A DNA stretch of 63,934 nucleotides, filler included, from Octopus bimaculoides (taxonomy: Eukaryota): the NCBI RefSeq assembly GCF_001194135.2. It is 6 parts of 6 records of this genome, joined end to end, with 100 filler letters (N's around TTAATTAATTAA, not from the genome) between each part and the next. Parts side by side here need not be neighbours in the genome. Positions count along the whole stretch, not along the records: positions 1 to 10,091 come from NC_068992.1; positions 10,192 to 21,273 come from NC_068983.1; 4 more parts are not named here. One strand, given 5' to 3'. Below the pieces are notes generated by a model, which saw only the letters and a program-made list of their open reading frames with translations, ran no database searches and was not told the origin of the DNA. This document shows positions 1 through 13,229 of this stretch, in pieces (position 1 is the first letter of the stretch; each line of letters opens with the position of its first letter). Both the position numbers and the translations under genes were made by a program.

Positions 1-254
1 CGTCGTGTCATTGTAATATAAAACCTTAAACTTACTAAAAAAATTAACCTACCAATAAAAACAAAATATAGCTACTAGAATATCAAAATCGTCGTGTCAT
101 TGTAATATAAAACCTTAAACTTACTAAAAAAATTAACCTACCAATAAAAACAAAATATAGCTACTAGAATTCAAAATCGTCGTGTCCTTGTAATATAAAA
201 CCTTAAACTTACTAAAAAAATTAACCTACCAATAAAAACAAAATATAGCTACTA
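1..254. repeat. 89-bp tandem repeat, about 2.9 copies (may extend left of the window)
   Basis: cgtcgtgtcattgtaatataaaacc... restarts at 1, 90 and 178, near-identical. Confidence 0.95.
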
Positions 255-3149
255 TATATATGACCGCAGCCACTTGGCTGAAACACATAAATAAATAAAT
301 AAATATATATATATATATATATAATATATATATCTACAAACACACACACATATATAGGAAGAGGGGCAGTACGACAGAGAGACACAGTGGTTAAAAGAAA
401 GACAGAGTTACAGAAACGTAGAGATACTTATTTACTGTATAATTTCAGCAATTTGTAGTCGCTCTTGATCAGTTGCTTCTGCTGTTGTTGTTGTTGTTGT
501 TTCTGTTGTTGTCATCGTTGTTGTTGTTAACAAGTGAGTAATTTTCAATAACAAAATCAGAACATTAACTTTCCAGAAATCAACAATGCCCCATTTACCT
601 ACATGGTCATTGCAGTTTCTACCCAATAAATGAATTATAACTACATTCTTTTTCTTCTTTTTTAGTTGCAGCAATTTGGAACATGAAATACAAACAGCCG
701 TCGTGACTAACAATATAATAATCACACACCCATACTTATTAGACGTTACACACACTGCCCTTCCCAAAACACAACAGAGAGAAAAAAATAATAAAGAAGA
801 AATAACAACGGAATATACACAATATACACAATATATGAGATCCGTCATGGCGAATGCCATACTTATCTATCCTACAAGCTATCCTCAAGGAGCCAAAACA
901 AACAACTGCAACAGACATCAGCGCAAAAAACATTATATTCGATGAACACAGATGACGCGGATTCAGGAAAAATGATCAGATGAAAATACGGCAGTCAAGC
1001 AATGTTTCAATATCTCTATTTCTTCCTCCCTCCCTCTCCCCCTCTCTCACTTTCTCTCTCACTCCCTCTCTCTCTCGCTCTTTCCATATATGGTACATTT
1101 GTACCCGGTACATTTGCCCACAGAACTAGCTGCAACATTTATAGACTTGTAGGCCATAGACATTTTCTTAAAATGTATATCACTAAGAAGAATATTATGA
1201 CGAGCTGACTGACCTCTTCTTGCTCATCTCTGCATTTGTACACCACTGTAACTGACAGACCAACAGACGTAAACCGGTCAGTGATTCAGGGAAAATATGA
1301 GTAGACCCTTCTGTAATCCAAATGTTCTGTTATTGCAAGTCAGAGTCAGTTGAATGGTTCTTTGACAGACATAATTTATTCGGAAGATAAATTAATAGCT
1401 CGTACGTTGTGGTCCAGTCAACTAACTGTTTCCCATAGAATTGCTCGATCAGGGTGTATTTTTAGTTATAAAACGACAACAACGATATCTACGCTATGAC
1501 TGTACCAGACAAATTCACATCATTTATATTTAGTAGAATACAAAAGATGCAAATAAAGAACATCAAAACCATAATACGTGCTACGGGCTAATGAAAAGTT
1601 CTCCTAAATTTACAAGTCAAGAAAAAATACGTTAAGAAGTTTCATAAAATATACTAAGCCTCACGCATTTATATTAAATGTCCAACTCAACTAGTATGAG
1701 CCACAGCAGCTGCGCAGCCAAAAAAGAAAGGGGATACTGCTCAAAACTCCTAATGTAGAAACATCAACTGAAAGAACACGAACAAAAGCATACATAGAAA
1801 TATTAAAAAAATTAAATACAAAGTTCTCAATCATTAATGGTCTAAAGAGGACACAGTTTTAAGAAACAGAACATGTGAAAAACATTGAAGCATGATTAAT
1901 GATGGACACTAAGTTTGAAGAAGTTGATGCTCTGAAAATTAACAACATATCTTATGTAACATCATTAGAAAATAGTTTTAGTGAAAAACCTACGCAACAC
2001 CAATAGCAAGAGAATTATGGAGAATAAATCGCTACGAAAGAGGAAAGCAAAAAATAGAAGACAATGATTTGACATAAAAGAGGTTTGTTAAGATATGCGA
2101 AACTACAAAGTATGGAAGCGATATCTACAAGATGATAGTGAAAGCTTCAAAACTGAACGTTATTTATGGCGCTAACATCGTTAAAAGTTTTATAGTTACA
2201 TAGCATACGATGCACTATTGAGTGGTCAGGATAAATGTAAGCAGATAACCCTTAACTAAGTAAAGACTTGGTGTTTGTTTGACCAGTTTTCTAGTGCAGG
2301 AATCCGTAAAGAGACTCAATTATTAAATATTCGTAAGAGTAAATAAGAACAACATAGTGCAAGGCGTGTAATTACCATGCTTATTCATCATAACCACAGA
2401 CAGCTGTATAGTTTTCATCGTCGACAGCGTCATCGTCATCGTCAGTATCATCATCGTCACCACCACAACCTGCATCGTCGTTATCATCAACATCATTATT
2501 TTTAAAGAATCCCTTTGGTGCAACATTTGTGGCGTACATTTTGTAAATTTTCTCATTATAAGACAGGCGATTGTTCAGCGAAAGTATATTAGGAGAGAAC
2601 TGCATTCTTTTTCTCAGATTATTTATAAAACTTGATATCGTGGAGAGATTATTAATAAAGAACATAATATCGATATTTTTTATAAAAGAAAAAAACCTTT
2701 CTTTGTAAATATTTGTACCCAAGTTGGATTTTGAGAACCAATAATAAATCAATATATGTATGTATGTATGTATGTATATAAACACACGCGCGCATAAATA
2801 CGTGTATGTGTGTGTGTGTGTGTGTGTGTCTGTGCGTGAGTTTGTATGTGTTTTTCAGAGAGTGTGTGTGAGAGGTGTGAGTCTGTGTGTGTGTACATAC
2901 ACACATACATTCCTATGCATATTGAGATATATTAAGCTGGAAAACGGCCACTCCCCAAATTGTGTACACACCTATTATTATAGAGAATTGTTTAATACAA
3001 ACCTTAAAAACTGAAAGGAAATATTCAATCGATGCACATCTATTAATAGAAAGATGAAAGAAAAAAGTATTTCTCATTTCCTCTCATTCATATGACTAGT
3101 AGTAATAATGCTTTCTCTCAAAAAGGAGATGCGCATATATGTGTGTGTT

Positions 3150-3190
<41 letters not shown>

Positions 3191-3439
3191 TTGTGTGTAC
3201 ATGTAAAGCACTGTCCCACACACTCTCTCACACACGCCTATAACGTAGGTAAGGAACAAGAAAGGGAGTAAATCCTCGCCGCATTCGTAGATGAATAATT
3301 TCTGTGAGCATTTGAGTACTGATAGTACAATACCAATGGTCTCATGCAAATAAACTTGCAACCATTCAACCATGCTTTCAATACTGTTAGGATATCCATT
3401 TTAGCCTGGTTATATGTGAGTGTGTGTGTACACCCCCAC

Positions 3440-3490
<51 letters not shown>

Positions 3491-3541
3491 CATACACAGA
3501 TATATACGTATATATATATGTGTGTATATATACATATATAC

Positions 3542-3591
<50 letters not shown>

Positions 3592-3649
3592 TTATATATC
3601 CCTGTATATCTACGTATATGTATATACGCATATATATATATATATGTAT

Positions 3650-3850
3650 ATTCTTTTATTTGTTTCAATCATTTGACAGCGGCCATGCTGGAGCAGCACC
3701 TTTAGTTGAGCAAATTGACCCCAGGACTTATTCTTTGTATGTCCAGTACTTATTCTATCGGTCTGTTTTGCCGAACCGCTACGTTACGGTGACGTAAACA
3801 AACCAGTATATGTTGTTGAGTGAATTTGGGGGACAAACGCAGACACACAA
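3650..3850 (-). mobile_element. tRNA-SINE family A, 3' half
   Basis: Reverse complement of the 3' half of the full copy at 49161-49577 (gcggccatgctg...ccccaggacttattctttgt...cttattctatcggtc). Confidence 0.85.
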
Positions 3851-3939
3851 ATATATACATTCAGTTTCCATATTCTTGCGGCATCGATCTATTTCATATG
3901 TTTATTAAACGAGATCTTAGTCTTGTAAACGAAATATTT

Positions 3940-4127
3940 ATTTCTTTATTGCCCGCAAGGAGCTAAACATGGAAGGGACAAACAAAGACAGACAAAGGGA
4001 CTAAATCGATTACATCGTTCCCCAGTGCGTAACTGGTACTTATTTAATCGACTCCGAAAAGAGGAAAGGCAAAGTCGACCTCAGCGGAATTTGAACTCAG
4101 AATGTAACGGCAGACGAGATACCGCTA
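3940..4127 (-). mobile_element. tRNA-SINE family B
   Basis: aactggtacttatttaatcgactccgaaaag...aaaggcaaagtcgacctcagcggaatttgaactcagaa matches the copies at 26793 and 50968-51570. B-box GAGTTCAAATTC on the minus strand. Confidence 0.88.
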
Positions 4128-4861
4128 CAAAAATATTAACTCTAAAAATAGGCGGCGGCAATAGGTATATGATATCGTAGAAAATACATATCCGAATGGC
4201 ATAGCTTTCTTAGTTTTGTTTTATAAATAAATGACTGAAAGAAGGAACACGACGGAAAAGTAGCCGCGAAATGGTAAATATTGTCAATTTTGCCTAGGAA
4301 TTAGTATAAAAATTGAAAAGAAACGAAACTGAAAACACCTCTCAGACACGCACAGAAATACAAAACATACACATCCACGCACAAATGCTGTTGAATGTCT
4401 AGCACACAGAATGTTACAATCTGATGTTTTTTGTGTATAGAAGTGTTTAACAAGTTTCAAACTTCGGGAGTAAGATTCAACTCAACAACATTAATGTTGT
4501 GATGTACACTGAATCTGTGAAAAGTTTATATCAACGGAGTATGTTGTCACTCACTTAGCTATTCCACATATCAAACCGATGCAATAATGACATCTTAAAG
4601 TTTAAAAGTTAAAAAGAAATGCAGATATTTCAGGAGACTTACTGAAATATTTTGCCTGCAAACTCTTTACTTGTTCCAGTCATTTTAGTGTGCATATTTT
4701 ATAGATCTCAGATATTATGTCATCACATTTCATGCATAGATGACAAATTATAAATACCAAATAAGCAGATATTATATTGGAAAGTATTACAAATATACAG
4801 AAATGACCAAATCAAATAGTTGACATATCCCAAATTAAATTTTGTACCATAATTTTTTTTA

Positions 4862-5290
4862 ATCTTTTCATATTTGTTGAATACGAATCCACGCTTTCGT
4901 ACCAAACGTCTGGCTTTACACGCTCTCTCCACCATTTTAACTCTTCCACTTATAAGTATCAGAATGAAAGATATTTTAAAATAAGGCAATCAGATTGGCT
5001 TGGATGTAACTATGGATACAGTCAATCCTCTAAACATCCTCCTTGAAAATATAGATCATTGGAAATAAATCTAATTTTACAAGAATATGAGCATTTAATC
5101 AATGTTGATTTATTCACTGCTAATTTCATTCCTCTATTTTTCAGTCTTTGAAATATATTTGGTTCGCTCTTGATGCAAGAGTGACAGCTTAGCTGACCCA
5201 TCAGCAATATAGGGACGCTGTTGCCAAGAAATATGGAATACATGCAATGCCAGATAAATATGCTTATGTAATTTTGTTTAAATAAACAAA
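4862..5290 (+). pseudogene. Possible decayed ankyrin-like coding remnant
   Basis: FSYLLNTNPRFRTKRLALHAL...MKDILK*GNQIGLDVTMDTVNPLNILLEN (frameshift) EINLILQEYEHLINVDL; judged by eye only. Confidence 0.35.
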
Positions 5291-5943
5291 TATCATTGGA
5301 TGCTCCACACATTGAATAGAAAGGATATTGGGAATAGATAATGCAATCTTTATTTTATATCCGAAAGAATAGCACCAATAAAAGATAACTTTTAATATAT
5401 CTGGAAACAAACACAGATTCTAGAGTGAAATTTGTTCATATTGATTAAATATTACATTAATAGTAGTAAGATAGTACTCGTAAAATATCAGCTGAGACTG
5501 ATACGTTGAGGGAGATAGCAAGCAAAACATGTGATTTCATAAATCGATAAATACTTTCAGAGCCTTTCAGAAATCAAGTGGCATCCGTTATAAAATTAAA
5601 GATCAACACATGAGCAATTAGGAAGAAGAATAATTACACTGAGTGTAAAATGATGAAGTTATATAAACAAATAAACATAAATGTGTTTGATTCATAAAAC
5701 AGCAACACGATATTTGTTTTTCTTTCTAAATGTCAAAGATGCAAAAATAAAGATTACTGACCCAAACAACGGGATAACAAAACAAAACCAAAAAGAAAAA
5801 CAGTTTGGAAAACTGCCCGTTCAAATAATACACAGCGAATTGTGATGTAAATAAGTTTGTGTTTTTTGAGCATTGTTGCAAAGCCTACGGTATTTTCGTA
5901 CCATGATATATACGCATGGATGGTCATATTGTATATATACATG

Positions 5944-5977
<34 letters not shown>

Positions 5978-6051
5978 CATATATCTATATATATATATAT
6001 ATATACACATACACATATATGCATACAAACACACACACATATGTATATAGG

Positions 6052-6098
<47 letters not shown>

Positions 6099-6559
6099 TG
6101 AGACAGAGAGACAGGAAGAACACAGGACAAGTTAACTGGGGAATATAACCTCGCTATTTACCATATGTAGCTCTTCTATAGATATCGGTTATCTAAAAAT
6201 TGAAAAGTGGAAAGATTTTCACGCTACCACTCCGATTATCCGAAAATCTACAAAATGTCTATAGAGTATGTATAGTGACAAACATCGAAGAATGGATTTA
6301 ATGCATCATTTACAATCGTTTCATCATTTTTTCAATATAACCGATCTTGCATAATATTGTAATGGTGCCGGTATTTATTGCCTAATTTTCATTTGCCATC
6401 TAGATTTTATTTCATAGCATATGTTGGAAATGATTTCTCACAACTCCGTACACATATTATGATGAGTGATGCTGCCATCTCGCAAATACATTCCAAAATG
6501 AAAAGGTCGAAGTGATCATGTTTGTCAGATGAACAAATGCATACAAGGGACGAAATGGA

Positions 6560-7420
6560 TGAAAGGGGAGTCACATAATATGAAAAGATAATAATTTTTA
6601 TTGGACTGGTTTATAATCTAGTTACTTTTTATCTTGGTTGATACATGACCCATACAGCTTCGGTTCATCGGAGAAATGGTGACTGGATCCATTTCTTTGG
6701 TTGCTTTGTTTAGTGATCAGGTACGGTAGGAATTTAATGAGAGAACAAAGGGTGGTACTGAAAATTAATCGCAATGAAGAATTTCCTTTTAGAAGCATGT
6801 CAGATTTAATATCCTCCTTGCCATATCTAAGAAGCAGGTAAATTCAACAGCGTTTGGTTACACAGTGGACGGAAGTTACTTATTACTTATGGTGGAACGA
6901 ATTTAGATAATTGCAGTGTCTTGATAACCTATGTCATATTTTTCAAAACCTTTTTCGTACTCTAGGCTTAGTATAAACAAGATAAGTCTTCGATTCCTTA
7001 ACATCCTTTCGTGTATCACGTTTATTAATTAGTATGTGTGCTGAATACATTTTTACACTTAGTACAATGCTTCTGTAGAATAAGGTTGCGACAGCCAGTG
7101 TACATCTTATGATATTTTGGCAGGTTAATGGACAGTGATTTTAAGCTTCCGTGTTGTTTTTAATTTGGAAGATGATAAGGTTAATGGGTTTTCGCTGTCA
7201 TATTTGAACGATTAACGTGCACTTCATACACTTTCCATACAATATCATTAAATCTCGCCGATTAAAGATGAGTTACTTCAATAATTATCCCAACCTGGAA
7301 ATTTCCTATTCTGTATCCTTTCCGGAATGTTTCTAGTACAGCCCTTTCGATTTAACGAAATTTTTGTTCAATATATTGCCTGTTTTCATACATTTATCAA
7401 TTCAACCTTTTCTCTAAATA
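6560..7420 (-). mobile_element. Old R4/Dong-like LINE reverse-transcriptase relic
   Basis: Broken minus frames give SINLPKYHKMYTGC (cf. ITCLPTMYKILT), FILSLEYEKGFEKYD (cf. DYxKAFD) and HCD*FSVPPFVLSLNS (cf. QGDSLSPLLFVLSLNP). Confidence 0.55.
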
Positions 7421-7569
7421 TGTAATTTTTCTTTTATCCATCTCACGTAGATTCTAGTTTCTTCTGTTAATGGGATGTTGTATTATTGATATCGTGTCCG
7501 TTTTGTTGGAAATAATATAAACACACTGAACAATGAATGTGGGTTTTGTCACACCCACAATGAATACGG

Positions 7570-7960
7570 GTGTGACAAAATTTCAAAATCAAATCTGACT
7601 TTACGTGTGCTTCAGAAAACCTCATTTATGTTATATGATGCTCGAGCTGCCACCATAACTACATAGAGTCCACAGGATTATCCCTCAGACGCAGATGCAC
7701 TCTGCATTGACAGCAGATTGCATTCCCAGAATACAGAATGATACTCTTTAGTAAACATATTGAGAAATGTGCAAAGCAAATGCTACCACAATTTGTAATC
7801 TTTCCATTCTATGAATATGCCATTGGAACACCAACACAAGTTAGATTAAATAAGGAAACGTCTTCATTGAAAAATATAAGCCAAAATTTAAACATTTCTA
7901 ACATTTGTAAATAAGAAAACTCACCTCATTGAAAAAAATATAAAGCAAAACCTAACTACA
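7570..7960 (+). mobile_element. Penelope-like element, GIY-YIG endonuclease fragment
   Basis: From 7591 in one frame: KSDFTCASENLIYVI*CSSCHHNYIESTGLSLRRRCTLH*QQIAFPEYRMILFSKHIEKCAK...FPFYEY...RLNKET (frameshift) FIEKYKPK. The terminal roughly 58 bp is duplicated. Homologous to 63280-63560. Confidence 0.88.
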
Positions 7961-8340
7961 TGTAACATTCTATTTCTTCTAACCCAAATCATGTTAAATT
8001 AATAAAAAAAACTAGGCATTCCCAACATTCTGATTATCTCACTTATACCGGAAAAAGTCCCTGATTACCTTCCCCTGTCTTGAAACTCCATATTTCACAA
8101 AATAGCGAAGACATGACACGATATAGGTAAAGAAATTTGAGAAATTTGAAAAGAAAATACGAAACCGGTTATTTCTCCAAAACAACGTTACTATACGCAA
8201 AATTTGATAACATTTTTCTAACATAATGATTTAAATATATCTTTTAACCATATAACACAAGCCTTCAATAGTTTTTTCATTCCTTTTTGTCTTATATATA
8301 TGAGTGTGTTTGTGTTTGTATGTGTGTGTATATGTGTGTG

Positions 8341-8389
<49 letters not shown>

Positions 8390-8830
8390 TGCATGTATAT
8401 ATGTATGCACGTATGTATGGCCTTGTCATTCCCAGTGACTATAGATGCTACTTACATACAAGGCAATAAATCACTTAGATTCAAATTCACTAGACAATGT
8501 GTCTGCAACTTGTCTCTTCGGCAAATCATATAACTTGATACTATAATGATAGCTAGTAATTCACCGTAAACCTTGGTCTTCTTCGAGCTGGTAGTTTAAA
8601 TAGGAAGTATTGTGTCTGCCAATTGATAATTGAATACTTAATTATATCAGTAAAGAATACAATCATCCTAACCGTCTTTTTGTTGACTTTTTGGATGTTA
8701 GCTATTCACTCGTTAATCTAAAGTAAAATGTTTCCTATTTAAGCGGAATTAGAAATGTATTTTATACATTGTATTTCTCCAATTGATTATAATTAGAGGA
8801 CTGCCGTGGTTATGTTGCAGCATTTGTACG

Positions 8831-9117
8831 ATAATACACTTGATTAAATTATTGTTATTCACACGGTACGCTATTGAACACCTCTACGTTTGTTGAAAAT
8901 CTTGTAAATCATGGAATAAACGTAATGTCATATACGCCATTCTTCTCCAATGATATATATGAATATGTTGTCTTGAATGCAAAACGACGAAGGATGAAAG
9001 TTTTGGCAGTAAATAGAACCATCTTGTGATACACACTTGCACATCTCCTCGTCAGAAATGTTCAAACCAATGAACCATCTATTAACAATAGGTCACCAAT
9101 AGGTGATACAACATGCA
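8831..9117 (+). pseudogene. Decayed ankyrin-repeat coding remnant
   Basis: IIHLIKLLL(+1 nt)SHGTLLNTSTFVENLVNHGINVMS...*YTLAHLLVRN...INNRSPIGDTT; one frameshift and one stop in about 95 codons. Confidence 0.5.
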
Positions 9118-9330
9118 TAAACCTAATCCATATAGTACACAATATAACTTATAATATTTAAGTTTTAGGGCCTTATGTAACTAGTTTTCTTTCAAGGTCT
9201 AATTTCAGTCTAAACAACAATGATATATCAAATACACAGAGAAACGAAAGTCGCAATAATTGTCTCAGATCATTAACTGCTTAAATGTTGTAATATTGAT
9301 CATGACACACTACATGCGAAGCTATACAGT

Positions 9331-9362
<32 letters not shown>

Positions 9363-10048
9363 ACAGAGAGACAGAGAGAGAGAAAAAGAGATAGAGATAC
9401 CCTGTGATTTGAAGGAGAGATAAAAGTATAATATATCCGAGCTAATCATTTTCTAAAATCAATTTGTAACTTCAAAAATATTACTAACCTTGATATTTTT
9501 AACGTCCACGTTTAGTGCCATATTATATATAACAGCTTGACATAGAGTCTGGTTAGTAATCATGAATTATATAAATATTGATCTAGCCCGAGTTACTTAC
9601 ACTGTTTAATAAAATTTAGATTTGTTTCAACTTACATTTGTTTATGTTTTTATACATTTCTAACCGAAATATTTTATGTAATTTCAACGTATTTACAATA
9701 GCGTGTGAGAACAAACACCATCGCAGACCGAATCTAAAGGGACATAGAAATTGATATTAGAAAATCAAAGTAGACAAACCAAAGTAATTTTTCTTGCTTT
9801 GTTTTTCAGTCAATATCGGTCTATTATTATAGATTGACCTACTTTTTAGCAATTATCTATTTAGAATAATATAACAATTATTATCACATAAATGATTGAC
9901 TCTATAGGAAAATTTGATCACTGCACAATTTCAAATGAAAATCAATAACTATATAAAGTTCTTGTACTTACGTTATTATATATGAGTGATGGAGAGTATA
10001 TTTTTTATGAGTATATATGTGGGTGTGTGTCTATACATATATGTCTAC

Positions 10049-10091
<43 letters not shown>

Positions 10092-10191
10092 NNNNNNNNN
10101 NNNNNNNNNNNNNNNNNNNNNNNNNNNNNNNNNNNTTAATTAATTAANNNNNNNNNNNNNNNNNNNNNNNNNNNNNNNNNNNNNNNNNNNN
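10092..10191. other. Artificial gap spacer N44-TTAATTAATTAA-N44
   Basis: Exactly 100 bp; the self-complementary 12-mer gives TAA in all six frames; identical at 5 sites. Confidence 0.95.
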
Positions 10192-10424
10192 CTGGGGGTG
10201 GTTTGTGTTCCCACCAGTTTTTATCATGGGGCAAGTCCAGGTTTTTGCATATTACCCAGTGAATATATTGTGCAGCTCTATCATGCCTGTTGAGATACTC
10301 TGTAGGCGCAAGCAGACTTCACATGGAGACAACATGATCGATGGTCTCATTTTGTTGTTGGCATATACGACATAATGGGGAGCTGCCGTTCTTTAATATG
10401 TTGGCCTGGTAGTTCTTTGTAGGT
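10192..10424 (-). mobile_element. R4/Dong-type RLE LINE fragment (CCHC knuckle)
   Basis: PTKNYQANILKNGSSPLCRICQQQNETIDHVVS; homologous to 38059-38358. Confidence 0.85.
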
Positions 10425-10425
10425 A

Positions 10426-10480
<55 letters not shown>

Positions 10481-10481
<1 letters not shown>

Positions 10482-10650
10482 GGGTTGAAAGCTGACAGAA
10501 TCGTTAGAGTGTTGGACAAAATGCTTAGAGGCATTTTCCCCGACTTTTTACGTTCTCAGTTCAAATCACACCTCTTATTTTTTGGGGTCGATAAAAAGGA
10601 AGTCTCAGTCAAGTACTGAAGTTGATAGCATTATTAATATCCTTCCTTCA
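10481..10650 (+). mobile_element. tRNA-SINE family B (degenerate)
   Basis: gacagaatcgttagagtgttggacaaaatgcttag...cagttcaaatc...ggggtcgataaaa. Confidence 0.75.
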
Positions 10651-11435
10651 AAATTTTCTGGCTTTGAGTCATCATCGTCGTCGTCGTTGTTTATAGACGT
10701 CGTTGTTGTTTATAGTGTCTGCATGAATAACTACGCCCTTTCAAAGGCGATGCGGAGCAGAAAGACTCATTTGCTATATATGTGGCAGTAAGATCTAATT
10801 GAGGGCCTACTGCCCACAAATGGAAAAGAAGGGGTTAGTGGCAACAGATTGATGCAGAGGTAAAGACAATAGCTGATTTGGGAGAAGAGCGCTAAGTTGT
10901 TACTACAGTTATTTCTACTGGTGGAAAGGAGGCATATACAAACGGAATCGTTTAGTTGTCAGTAGCACCAGCACCAGAGTCCATCCTGGAAGCATCTAAG
11001 AAGCCAATTGTTCACCACCACCACCACTACCCACACAACCAAAGACAGACAGATTTTCAGTATCAGTTCTTCTTCACAGTTTTATGGCGATGAGAGTGGA
11101 TGGGCAAATTGGTACATGGAGAAGAGTAGAAGAACACAAGTAGCTGTAAAAAAAGTGAAGATGAAAAAAAGAAAAGACATGGGCCTACTCTAAAATCAAG
11201 AAGGCTATTCGAAATCGGGCAAAGCCGGACTCAGTGGGAATTAAGCTCAGAACGGTGAAACATTGAAATATAGCTAACAATATAGATGGTAATGATGATG
11301 ATCACGATGATCAGGACAATGATGAAGTTGTGGAAGGAAGTATATTTTGATGATATGGTGAGTAACCAAATTTGTTTCGGACACAAACTTTTTAACATGT
11401 CTATTATGCTTTTGCCACACCTCTATTATGCATGC

Positions 11436-11475
<40 letters not shown>

Positions 11476-11869
11476 NNNNNNNNNNNNNNNNNNNNNNNNN
11501 NNNNNNNNNNNNNNNNNNNNNNNNNNNNNNNNNNNNNNNNNNNNNNNNNNNNNNNNNNNNNNNNNNNNNNNNNNNTATATATATATATATATATGGCAAC
11601 TAAATCTTAATCGTGCGAGTGGAGTTTCATGCCTCATTTCACAGAAGTAGTCACATTACGTGAAATCTATTAACTCGTACCATCCATGTGTACAACTAAA
11701 TCTACTGTTTTTCAGTACTTTCTACCATTTTTCTATCTTCAAGTAGACAGTGCTTATCTGAAGGTATATGTCTTTGGTATAAGTATTCTACAAATACTTA
11801 GATAGGTACCCATTTTTGGTTATTAATTAAACGTAGGCGTTGTCTGTTTGATCAGTGACAAATGTTGAC

Positions 11870-12014
11870 ATTTGCCATGTTAATGTTAAATTAAGATGGC
11901 AAATTTAATTCATGTTAATTATTAAATTAACATGAATTTAATAATTAACATGTTCAATTATTAACATGTTCATGATATTATGTTAATTTATTAACATAGT
12001 ATTATGTTAATAAA
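11870..12014. repeat. Cluster of overlapping AT-rich inverted repeats
   Basis: Perfect stems: atttgccat/atggcaaat (9 bp), aattcatgttaatt/aattaacatgaatt (14 bp; 11907-11938), tttattaacata/tatgttaataaa (12 bp). Confidence 0.9.
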
Positions 12015-12544
12015 GTTCAATGCTAATTTGTCGTCATTATGGTGTGTCTGATAAATTTTTGTTCAAGTTCTTTACTGAAATTAACTAAGTATTCATTAAC
12101 AAAGCATTCGTTATTTTAATGTAGCCGTATGAGGTCCTTTATTTCTGGAAATCTTTTTCACCTGTAGGTCAAGACTCACGATTAAATAGTTGTCACTTTA
12201 AAAATGTTTGGCTCACGTGACCATCATGTGACACAGTAAGTACGTAAAACTTGTTACCCGCAAAAGAACACGAATGCTCTCTTACTATTTCCAAATTTTA
12301 TTCACAATGTTTTGCATGGTCAACTCGGGACTATAACAAAAGATATTGCCGCAACATAAGCATCCACATTATTGCCAAGAGAATTTCTTTGCCACTCAGC
12401 AATTGCCTTGCCCACACGTTTTCATTTCTTTATTTCTTTATCACCTTAACCACTTGCACTACCTTTTATTCCTTCATAATCATCCCCTTGTCCCAGCAAA
12501 CACTTTCATTTTTTAATTGATACCCGTCGAACATCAAAAAACTC

Positions 12545-12715
12545 ATTTAAACAGTTCCAGTGATGGATTGGATTTGAAGTCTTTAAATCAGCCTTCTCCT
12601 TTCTGGTTTTGAGAACCCTAATTTCTCAAGATTAGTTTTTAGACAGTGCGTAACAGTAGATTTCTCAATAGTTCAGCGTAAGTATTTTCTTTATTACTGA
12701 TCTTTAGCTTTATAT
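12545..12715 (-). mobile_element. R4/Dong-type RLE LINE 3' end
   Basis: HCLKTNLEKLGFSKPEKEK; homologous to 16780-16920 and 24370-24500. Confidence 0.8.
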
Positions 12716-13118
12716 TAACATCCACTGAGCAGCTGATTTCCACAACTGTACACAGTTTCTCTTCTCTATCCCAATTTACTATGTCTGTCTGTCTGTCTGT
12801 CTCTCTGTCTGTCTGTCTGTATGTATGTATGTATGTATGTATGTATGTATGTATGATTATCTCTCAGTTCCTGAAATATCAATGAAGTCAGTATCACTAG
12901 CCCAAATAATAATAATAATTCTTCTAAACTTTTACTGTTTCCAGTTTTTGGACTGCAACACGGATTTTCGTCAATCACTTAATCTTCTCTACACATTTCA
13001 GTCTTTTCCTAAATTTCCCGCCCTCTAGTTATCGGATGGCGAAGATACCTTTTGGTTTGAAGGGACACAACTCGATATACGAACACTCACTCTACCCCTT
13101 CTCACATATTTACATATA

Positions 13119-13150
<32 letters not shown>

Positions 13151-13185
13151 TGTGTGAAGATTCTAATCGGAAAACCACTACACAC

Positions 13186-13229
<44 letters not shown>

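Noticed and set aside
1480-2330. A-rich stretch resembling the N-terminal region of an RLE LINE ORF
   Set aside because: Too degenerate to anchor on any conserved motif.
2381-2785. 134-aa minus ORF with an acidic tail
   Set aside because: Both ends are microsatellite-derived; the middle has no motif or splice sites.
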